The notes under the pieces: generated by a model
What the model was told of the DNA's origin: nothing
The model's input: only the letters and a program-made list of their open reading frames with translations
Database searches by the model: none
Part shown: positions 49,201 to 59,294 of the stretch, in pieces
Layout of the letters: every line of letters begins with the position of its first letter
Position numbering within the stretch: position 1 is the first letter of the stretch
Origin: Paraspadella gotoi
Lineage: Eukaryota > Animalia > Chaetognatha
Assembly (NCBI GenBank): GCA_051294375.1
Contig: CM119265.1
Coordinates: forward strand, 14,252,124 to 14,316,123
DNA: 64,000 nt
Direction of reading: 5' to 3'
Program-made: the position numbers and the translations under genes

Positions 49201-52200
49201 AAATATCGCTTCTTGTCCTCGAACTGCCACTCCATAATGGAAATACAATCTAGAGCTTATTTATTTTTTCTCAGTATTCTAATTTTTATAAAAAAATCCT
49301 AATGTTATGGCAACATTTGGATTGCCTGTGATGCCCATTGGGATGGGGCATCTCACTGTTGGCTTTGGGGGCTACAGACCCTCAGTGACGCTACCTGTCA
49401 CTGGCGCGGTTACACTAGGACGGTCTCGCTTTGCCAACCCAGAGGGAAGTCGTTAGGAATGTGAATGGAACGTAATACTTGGGATGGTACGGTTCCCCCT
49501 CTGAGCACATGGGATTGGCTGAACGATGGTGTGAATATACCGCCACAATGTTATCAAAAAAATGACCAAAAATAAGAGAGGTTGATTAAAGACTAAAGGC
49601 TATTTTCAAATTATCTCTTGGTTTCCTCTCTCTGTCTAACAACTAAAAATTAAAACTAACACAAATATATCTGTATTTTTATAGAAAGTCCAAGAGACGC
49701 GCTTCCCTTGGCTCCAAAACTGATGCCTCATCGGCGGAATGCGCCTCCGAAAACGAAGCTGTGGCAAAACGCCCTCGAAGAACGTCACGGATTAGTTTAC
49801 CGACCGAAAAAATGCGAGACAATCTCCAATCGCGAAGGAGCTTGACGCTGATCGATACATCCGGCGGAAGGAGAGCACGAATTACTGGGAACATGAATGA
49901 TTGCCTGGTTGGCTCTTCGACTCCCTCGAAAACTGACTCTGATAGACAGTCTCGATCAAAGAAAACGTCGTTAGAATCCCAAAGCACAATGGGCGAGACG
50001 AAGTAAGTACATTTTGTAGCGCTGGCCACTGGTCACTGGTCAGGCACGATGAACTCATGAAGTTTTTAGTCGGATCTGCTTATAAGCAGATCCCGAATCT
50101 ATAATTCACTTTGTCGGTCCGTCGGTCCGCCCCCTCAATCTTGTCGGGCATTAACTTATTTAAAGTCAGAACATCGAATTTTGATAAATTATGCAAAAAA
50201 AACTATGTCCGTCCGTCCGTCCCACCTTAACAAAAAACACCAATTACTCGTGATTGGATGGATGGATTGGAATAAAATTTTGTATGTGGTTAGGGAAGTG
50301 TGTGATTGAGCAGGATATGATGTTTCGATGGAATCGTCCGAGTGGAAATGAGTTTAAATGGAAAAAACAAGAAAATATATTTCATTATTTGAACACTAAT
50401 TACTCATGAGTGGATGGGGCAATTGACCTGAAATTTTGTATGTGGGTAGGAAAGTGTGTGATTAAGTTGGAAATCAAGTTTCGATGGAATCGTTTGAGTG
50501 GAAATGAGTTTAAATGGAAAAAAACAAAAAAACTGTTGATTATGCTTCTTTTTCCTTGTAAATGTATAAATTAATTAATTAATTAATTATTATTTGCTCA
50601 GACTTGTTTTTCTCTGGGCGGAAATAATTAAATAATTTAAAACGAAAAAGGAAAAAAAAAATGTTTGTAATAAATCAGTGTAGCTCGTTGCAATATATTT
50701 TTCAAGTATTTTTTGCTGCTTCATCTCCTAAATTTTTTACCCCTAGAACGACGCTGCTATCATCCGTCCGCACGGCGTTCGATAAGATTATGGACGTATC
50801 AAAACGAGTTCCACAACACGATTGGCAGGAGGATTTTGAGTTCTCCCCCTCTGCAGATCTGTCTTCAACGAGGCCGGCTACCCTCGGGGATCCGGCGGAT
50901 AGTGGGATTGGGGGATTCCACGTTTTCGTTGAAGACGCGGAGGGGGAGGATGTCACCGCAGAATTCCCCGCCATAATCAACGCTGGGTCATCTCCTTCCG
51001 GCGTCGACTTGCAGGTGTATCCAGTGCTTGTACGTCACGTGACACCAATCTTTAGTTTTCCGAAGCGTCCTAGTTATCTATCTGGGAAACTAAATAACTT
51101 CCCTCTTGAAAACTCGAAAAAAATCAGTACAACGGAGTCTCCCTCGTCCGCTGTTTTCAAAATGCTCCATCGAGATTTGGAGTTCCACATCGAGGACGAA
51201 ATTAAGATTTCAGCATACGAAGGGCTGACAGAGATCAGTCAAAAACCCGTCGACCCCATAGATGCTATATTTAGATCGGAGGCGGAGGATACAATTGAAA
51301 AGGAAACCGATGAGTTAAAGAACGGCGAAAAAGAAGAAATATTATATCGAAATACTGAAGATTTTAATTTCGGAATCTTTGACCGCTCCTGGAAGAAGAA
51401 GAATGAGGAAAAATTATTTGGACAGAATTCTTTGAATGGGAGTGACCAAAATTATCTTTCATCACGACTTGATAACTCTCGTGAAGGAAAAGAGAAATCG
51501 TCCGATACGATGGTTAATCTTGAGTCGACTATTGCGGAAAACGGTGCAGAAAAAATGACTTGCAAAGGAATCGTGGGAAAATGCAAGAGGTAAGTAAGCA
51601 TGTAAACCTTTATTACTTAAAAAAATAGTCACGGCATTATGTTTAATGAGATTATTTAATGTCGTATGGAATTTTAGGTAAATCTTTCGCTTAAAAAGAA
51701 AATTCGTTTTCCTCTAGCTATTTCGCAAAATGCATAATCCCATCCCAAACAGATTAATAATATTATATTTAAATATTTAACACAAAAATATTTTAAAAAA
51801 TAAATGAAATCATAAATAATAGTTATTTTAAATCTAAATTTAAAAAGAAATAAATAAAAAAATAACTAAATAAATAAATAAAAAAAGATAGTAAAACAAG
51901 TAATTTTGCAACTTTCATAACTTTCATCTCTCATATCTCTACACTCTACAGGTTACGTTGGAACAATGCAAAGCTTCCCCGCCAGAAGTGCCTGTATTGT
52001 GATGAACGTAAATTAAAATCTCGATTATGGAAGCATATTCAAAAGGTTCATCCCGCATTGGCACGAAGTCCCCCTTGTGGTTTTCCAAAGAGCAGAAAGG
52101 TTATTTCAAGCCCCCGTGTCGACAAATGTACGTTTGACTTTTGTGACGTCCTGGATAATTGTGCTAATATTGATACGCATTGGAATTATCTCAACAGGTT

Positions 52201-54470
52201 GGTTTTTAAAAGGAAAATTGAATAAGCTTCGGCTTCCCTAAGACGATTGATTCATTCCTCTTAGAATTATAATCGGTTAATTTTATTTTCTGATTGTATT
52301 TTAGGAACCAAAAAAGAAAGAAAAAGAGTTCAAATTGGGAAGAAACCATGTTTAATTATCAGCGGCTTCAAACATCGCTCTTTGCCTATCAACCTGTACC
52401 TGTTGACGAATGCGAAAAAAAATTTCAATCAAAAAATTGTTCAAACGTTTATATGCGACAATATGCTGGTAGGATTATTTAAATACATGGGCACAATTTG
52501 AAATCCGTCGCTAAAATCTATTAATCGAAAACATATTTTGAAAAAAGATGTTTAAAGGCAAGACTAGCTTATTTTCTAAACAGAAATATCTTGTTATTCG
52601 GTTAACATTTGTTTTGGCAGTGAAAGCATTGATTTAAAAATTGTTACCCTAACTCGATCGCATATAATAACGCTTGCGACGATTTTGTGACGATGGACCC
52701 CATAAATGGCGTCTTCGTCGTTTGAGGCGTTCCAAATTATAGATATTTTTTTTTAAAAATTATTTGTAATTGTATGAAGCTGAAAATTTTAGATATATAT
52801 TCTCATCATCAAGCTGCTTGAAAAACTTATACATAAAAATGAATTAACTGCAGGTCCAGCTCTAATCAAGTGCTTACAGCACAAAGATGGTTTATGATAA
52901 AAGAAAAGCGAAACTATATTTTGAAATAAGTCTAATTTCTCTTTCCAAACGTCTCGAATCAAACAGCAACTTCTGTAATTGAGACGTTTTGCATAACATC
53001 ATTTTTTTTGCATCGTTCCGTAACAAAATTTTATAAAATTTTGGCGAAAATCAAGATAAACCGCGCAGTTTTTTTGACTGCAATTCTCCCGATTAATTAA
53101 AATGTAGGACTGAGAATCAGAATGTCCCACGCATCCCCTATAGAACTGTCAATTTTCTAACAGCGGCTATAGTAGAGCCAAACTTCGTCAATGGGGTGGG
53201 TCAGAAGTTTGATTTGGGAACCTTTCCAAATGAAACTTCATACATTTCTGAGAAAACTTTCAATGGAGCAAAATTTTCTAAAATGGCAAGAAGCATTAGT
53301 AATTAATTTTTTAATATTTATTTATAGATAGGAAATGTCAAAAATTTTTTTTTATTTTTAAAAGCAGATTCAAATTGCTTATGAAAAGTTATCTACACAA
53401 AGTATAATTCTTTTTTCAATATTTTGATAATAAGTGGGTTAAATTTGAGAAAAACCTTAAAAAATCATCATCATCATCCGATGATTTTAGCAGTTTTTAC
53501 TAATTTTTAGTAATAAAACATCAAAATTTTAAAAAGTTGTAATTATATTTTTTGCTTAACTTTTTAAGCTCTATCAGAATCAATTAAAAAAACTTAAAAT
53601 ATCTAAAAAAAATTTTTGATATTATATAGCGATATAATAATATTAATTAGCGAATTACTCAGTTCGAAACATTTTTGCAAAAAAATATTTTAACACAATA
53701 ATTAATACTAATAATGGATTAGTTTAATTCTGTTCCCATTAAAATTTGAATTTGGTCGGCTACCGCTAGCTATAGTGGTAGGAATGATAGCATTCCCAAT
53801 GGGCGCGGTTGCAAAAGCATGCGCCGCCTTCTCTAGACACTTTTGAAGGTCATGGTTGCTCAAGGTAAATTTCTTTAATAGATTGATTTTTATATGTATA
53901 CCAATTTTTATACCATTCAAACGATTTTTTGACTTTAGTCCCAAAAAAGCTGGACCTCCCTGTAGAAATTTCCTCTTGTAAAATATTAAAATCTATTTGC
54001 GTTTTAGTTTTGCAAATTTTTTTTAGCGGCGAGTTTCAAATGTATAATTGTTTAAAATTTCATTCTTTGAACGCGTATATAATATATAGTATATACTGAA
54101 TAGCGTAAATTAATTTTGATCTTAGGTCTGGCGTATCATTGTAAGAATTGTGACGCCGTTTTCCGCAATTACCTTGGTTTTAACCGACATCGACTAACTA
54201 TTCATCGCCTCGACAACAATTTGAAATGCCCACAATGCCCGTATGAAACCACTAAAAACGCCAAACTCAAGCATCAGATTAGCTTTATACATAGTAAAAT
54301 TAGGTATTTATATTTATTCGTTATTAAAAATATTAATTTAATCATGCTCTTCTAGAATGCATCGCTTATTTTTCTTATACAGCAACGCACCGTGTACACT
54401 TTGTTCCAACTGGTTCAACGCACGTTTAATCTTGGCTTATTCAAGAAAGATCTGCCATAGTAAAAGTTGA
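37278..54470 (+). CDS. Very large (~3,549 aa), mostly disordered protein with an N-terminal RG/RGG region and ~8 dispersed C2H2/C2HC-like zinc fingers; 12 coding exons
   Basis: Exons 37278-38347, 38528-38658, 38946-39074, 40505-40584, 40649-40794, 41018-48274, 49685-50002, 50747-51589, 51952-52197, 52305-52468, 54126-54303, 54383-54470 are all phase-consistent (10,650 nt). Fingers include CRLCTAEFNKKEELKMHIETSH, CKLCPFSVSTKTDILAHLVNVH, CLYC...HIQKVH and CKNC...HRLTIH. Confidence 0.85.
48454..49050 (-). mobile_element. Miniature non-coding LTR retroelement (TRIM/retrozyme-like), family A, in a zinc-finger gene intron
   Basis: 5' LTR 49050-48818 and 3' LTR 48651-48454, both TG...CA. PBS TGGTGAGCCCGAC (48816-48804) directly after the 5' LTR and PPT AGAGGGGGGAA directly before the 3' LTR. 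The ~165-bp internal region has a 2 x 47-bp repeat. Confidence 0.85.
48875..48950 (-). ncRNA. Twister-like ribozyme fold (P5-type permutation) in the family A 5' LTR
   Basis: AGCAGU...UAA CCC GCC UGUAAC/GUUACA G CCUGA UUCAAAGC UCAGG G ACUGCU. Confidence 0.55.
49308..49547 (-). mobile_element. Solo LTR, family C (240 bp)
   Basis: TG...CA termini; perfect 6-bp TSD ATGTTA (49302-49307 / 49548-49553); GC-rich and hairpin-rich. Confidence 0.8.
49358..49438 (-). ncRNA. Twister-like ribozyme fold (P5-type permutation) in the family C solo LTR
   Basis: GUUGGC aaa GCGA GA CCG uccuagug UAA CCGC GCC AGUGAC/GUCACU G AGGG UCUGUAGC CCCC aaa GCCAAC. Confidence 0.6.
50063..50740. mobile_element. Helentron-associated (HINE/DINE-like) non-autonomous element with an internal 2 x ~148-bp repeat; a related short element lies at ~26040-26200
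   Basis: Inserted in a T-run; 5' hairpin ggatctgcttataagcagatcc; (GTCC/GTCG)n microsatellite; tandem duplication at 50241-50530. Confidence 0.45.
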
Positions 54471-56789
54471 GGCCTCGAGGCAAGGCCGCGACTGCGACTT
54501 ACGCGACGCAAGATTTCGTCGTTTCTCTATTTTTTCTGTCGTCATTAAAGAAGCTATGATGTATAGAAGCGATGTATTTAAAAATATGAAGAAACTGGCC
54601 GAGCGTTTGCTCAGAAACTATGAATTTTGTTTTAAATCAGATTGACTCATCCTTTTTGTTTTTTAATTTTCTTATGCCAATTTTTGTATTTCCTTGTTTC
54701 TGTACAAAAGGTGATGAGTTTGTTTTTGTTGACAATGTGTACATATTTTCTCCTCTTTACCAGTCTCAAAATATTCGATGTATTATGCGTTGTTCTTTGC
54801 TTTTATTAAATGTGTGATTATCAATTATGTTTAATAACTCGCTGGAAAATAAAACCAGTGCGAAACGAATTTACTCGTTTTCAATTTCTTGAAGAATTTT
54901 AATCTTGTTGAAATTCGCATAAAGGATATAAGGCCAAGTGGTAGTTAGTGACAATTAAGTGTAGAACCTTTTTCGAAGTGCCTTTATTAGATGGATGCAA
55001 CAAACTCTAGCATTGTATCCTTGATCTCCACCATGTTCTCGCATTGCACGTGTATAGATGCGTTATTGATTGTTTGTAGTACTTAATAGATTTTATTTAT
55101 CTTCATAGAGAACAATGCATAATGCTTCTTCAATGTAACGTTATGATTGTATGTGACTATCAAACTCGTGTTTCGCATAAATCTTGTCTTTCAGGTTAAC
55201 ATCTTTAAGAAACGAATATGATTTCCTAAAAACAAATGGACGTTTTGAAATAATAAATCAGAGCCAGGGGAAAAATTAATTGCCATTCCCTCAGTCGTGA
55301 CCGGTTGGATCATTGAGTAAAGTGACTACGAGGCACTAGGTGCAATCTAAACTCAGTACTTGCTCTACGGGAAGCGTGAGGACGGCCGTAAACACCCTTG
55401 CGGGCGTGGGAAACTCTTTGGCTACTAGTCATGTTCAGCCCATTTATGGCTTTATCCCCTTATATGGCGTCGTCGTCCTTTCATTTCCTTTGCATTTTTA
55501 TTTTATATAAAAGCCGGGCCAGAATTTAACATTTTTTACAATATAAAACGGTCTGCCGTTAATGTCTTTTTTCCTTATACAGCTGATACAATTTATTTTA
55601 ATATTTAACAATATAGTATAAGAAATTGTTTAACATTTTTTTAAAACGGATTCTGATAGATCAAAAAGTTAAATAAATCATAATATTTTTATATTTTTAA
55701 ACATAAAAAATCCTTTAAATTTTTATCAGAATTTAATAAAAAAAAAACAATTAAATAACAAAATTTTATATTATGTATTTCATATTATACATATACAATC
55801 ATGAACATTTATACATGCATATTAAGGCCGGCCAAAATTGAACATATATATATACTCTTTTCAAAAATATTTCTTTTTTCCTTCTATTACTAAATCGATT
55901 TTTCAATGCAACTTTTTTGAATTAGTTCATTGGGTTTGCACTGAAGCTTTTAAATATTTATTAATATATAACAAATGACAAAAATTTAAAAAAAGCTTTT
56001 GCCCATAAGTGGCGTCGTCGTTGCGTGCGGCGTTCCAAATTATAGATCGCCTTTTTTATGATTAAATTTTTGGTGTATGAAGCTGAAAATTTATATACAG
56101 CTTCTCATCATCGATGTGCTTAAAATTGAGTCTGGACAGTTATTAAATATGTTTTGTTTACGTTTTATCAAAACAAACAATTTCTCTTTTATTTTCATAT
56201 TTCTTTCTCTCTCTCTTTTCTCTTTTAATTACATGTCTCTCTCCCTCTCTCTCTTTTCCTAATCACTGATGTCATAATCATAGGGAAAAAACGAGTCTGT
56301 AACTGTAACTTTAATTTTCTTCGGTACCTTATTTTTTATTAAAATCGTAAATAGAATTTTTTTTTTCTGTTTATTAAATTTATTTTTTTCTCAAATTTTT
56401 TTTTCATCAAAATTTTTTCTCAAGGCTGGTCTGCTGATCAGTTTATTTACAATGACAATTGACAAGGACAAAAAAAAACTTTCTTTCTGTTTATAAATAA
56501 TTTCTTTTTCTCAAATTTTATTTTTTTTTAGTATTAAAATTTGTCGTCAATTCAGATTTATTCCTATGCGATTGCGACGATCCTTATGCTTTTAAGATTT
56601 TTTTTTTCTCTCTCTCTCCCTCACTCACTTTCACCATTTCAAAATCAACTTACTTCCCATTTTTCCTGTCCTTAACTTCACCTGTCCTCACATCTGACCA
56701 CTGTTCTTTCTCAATTCTTTGTTGGAAAGTGTTTCTATCTCTCTCTCTCTCTCCTCTTTACTTAAAAATGTGAAAAATTGTCTATTATC

Positions 56790-56836
56790 AAACGCTGATG
56801 AAGACTCGCAAAGTAAGAGTCAAAACATGTCCGTTT
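56790..56836 (+). ncRNA. Minimal type I hammerhead ribozyme (Penelope-type) with an inactivating G12A change
   Basis: AAACG CTGATGA A GACTC gcaaagtaa GAGTC AAAAC AT GTC CGTTT: stems I and II perfect, palindromic stem III, GAAA changed to AAAA. Confidence 0.7.
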
Positions 56837-58770
56837 TTCTGTTATTAAATTCGCTAAGAAAAATATTTATAAAAAGTATAGCTCTTTTTAAAAAGTTATC
56901 GATTGGTGAAAAAAAAAATAATTGGTTCAGGCATTAGAATACAGCAATATTTTAAAGTCCGAGTCTGAAAACGGAATTGAGAAAAAATTATTTTTGGATG
57001 TTAGGTTAATATTATTTTTTTTTTATTGATGATAAAAGATTGTTTTTCTATATAGTTTCTTATTTTAATTTGATTGAGGTCAAAAATGGTTGACACCTAT
57101 CCCTACAGATATTCTAAGCTGAATTTGTTTAGTCAATTTCATGTTATAAACATTTTATAATAGGGAAAAGTTATTGACTCTTGTTGACTAAAAAATAGAA
57201 ACTAATTTTTTTTTTCCGCAAGAGTTTTTGTACCAATCGATTTTGACGTTCTATAACTTTCGAACGCTTTTCTCGATTTTATTGGGACTTGGACCAATTG
57301 CTTCATCTTTTAATAATAGGGGTAGCCCCACTCAATGGAGTGAATCAAAAATTTAGAATGATTATATGCTCAAACGAAAATTTATACATTTTTAAGTATA
57401 CTTTCAATGGACAAAACATTTCTTATGTGGCTATAAACCCAAATAATTAATTTTTTAATATTTATTTATAAATAGGAAAGGCCAAAATTTATTTTTAATA
57501 ATTTTTAAATTTTAAGACCAGATTTAGATAGCTCATAAAAAGTTGTCTACACAAAGTATAATTCTTTTTTCAATATTTTCATGATAAGGGAGTCAAAAAT
57601 AAAAAAAACTGTAAAAAATCATCATCATCATCTTTCGATGATTTTATAATTTTTTTTATATTTTCACATAGAAAACGTAAGAATTTTTAAAAGCTGTAAT
57701 TATTTCTTATTTAACTTTTAATGCTCTATCAGAATCCATCCAAAAATTTTAAGATTTCAAAAAAAATTTTTATAATGTTATAAAGGACAAGTTTAAGGGG
57801 ACCCAGTGATAAAAATGATATCATAAGCTTAAGGGTCTATCATCAAAAGGAATTTGAATGTAATAGTCATTAATCTTTTTTGGTGCACGGGAAGTGGCAA
57901 AAAAAATTTCCTATCTCTTATTGTAGCAGAACAAAAATTTAATAATTATGAAAAAAAAAATTAGTTGACCCTACCTTAAATATTATATAATCCATTATTT
58001 TATTTTTGCATTAGAAAGTATTTTTTACTAAATTCCAATTTTTTATTTTACTGTACAAAGCTAATAATTAGTTTAAGCCTCATTGAAACAAAAGGCTTTA
58101 CAAGACTAATATTTTTATATTTTTATATTTACTTAAAGCAGACAAATCAAACCTAAATTCTATTCTTACAGAAACAAACTGTAATAATTAATAATTATAT
58201 TCATATTCATCCCTTAAATGAGTATAATTATAACTATATTGATTTCCTAATTAATAACAATTTAAAATTTAGCAAACAGTACAGAATCTTTCTCTTCTTT
58301 TATATTTATCATTACTTCAAAGCAGTTTTTATTTTTATCCAATATAACCAGAATCACTTTGAAAAAAGAAAGTTTAAATAAAAATTCAGTCTTATTACCT
58401 AATTTTGATTCGATCCTAGTTTTTATTTCTTAATAACATTTTTAGTTGATTAAAAGCTGAAAATCTTTTTTAAAATTAGATCTTACGCCTTTTTTTGGAA
58501 AAAAAATTTAAACTTTGAAAAAGATTTTCTTCTTACGATTTTTAAAGAAATTAAGCTCCGCTGATTTTATCGAATTTTTTAACTACTTTCTCAAATGATT
58601 ATAGAAGAAAAAAATTATATGATCAGAACCAGCTTAAGTTAAAGGGTCAAGACGTTATGTTTTCAGGCTTTTACCCCCCCTGTTCAACTTGGTCCCTTAA
58701 GAAGGCCTGGTTTTACAGGGCGCCACACCCACACACGGTGTCACCTCGGGCAACAGCGAGACAGCATGTT

Positions 58771-58852
58771 CATGTAGTCGCAGAGCTTTGGATCTGGAGT
58801 AGGCCCTTTGGCTACAGGCGGGTTAACCCGGTCATTTTCCACTTTCTACATG
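58771..58852 (-). ncRNA. Twister-like fold in the family B 3' LTR
   Basis: CAUGUAG aaa GUGG...UAA CCC GCC [hairpin] CCAGA UCCAAAGC UCUG..CUACAUG. Confidence 0.5.
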
Positions 58853-59215
58853 ACAACCTCAGGGCTCGAACAGGGACGCACAATTGGGATGGTGCATTAG
58901 TCCACTGAGGCGCTGCGAAAGAAACAGTTTTAATCCATCTGCGGTGATAAGACCACCAGACAGCTGCCCCCAGGACTCTCACATATGAGAGTACGAAGCA
59001 GGGGATGAAGTGCATGTCTCTCCACTGAACCTCTCTTCATTCTGGTGGTCTATGCGGAGTGGCAGCTGCGTAGCTCAAACCACATCAATGGCAGAGGAGT
59101 ATTATCATGCCCAGTTTGCGTGTTCGGATCACGTCGGGCTCACCATTGAGGCTGGTTTTACAGGGCGCCACACCCACAGCGGTGTCACCTCGTGGCAACA
59201 GCGAGACAGCATGTT

Positions 59216-59294
59216 CATGTAGTCCAGACCTTTGGATCTGGCAGTAGGCCCTTGCCTACAGGCGGGTTACCCGGTCCATTCTACTTTCTACATG
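59216..59294 (-). ncRNA. Twister-like fold in the family B 5' LTR
   Basis: CAUGUAG aaa GUAG AA UGG accggg UAA CCC GCC uGUAGGC/GCCUACu G CCAGA UCCAAAGG UCUGG a CUACAUG. Confidence 0.55.

Noticed and set aside
1-54470. Alternative genetic code or stop read-through
   Set aside because: All conserved genes translate cleanly with the standard code once introns are removed.
57793-58700. Possible TTAA-flanked Kolobok-like MITE (ttaaggggacccagtga ... tcaacttggtcccttaa)
   Set aside because: The TIR is short and imperfect and there is only one copy in the window, which is not enough support.
59116-59145. tRNA-Trp gene
   Set aside because: Only the 3' 30 nt are present, with encoded CCA and adjacent to an LTR end, so it is a PBS.
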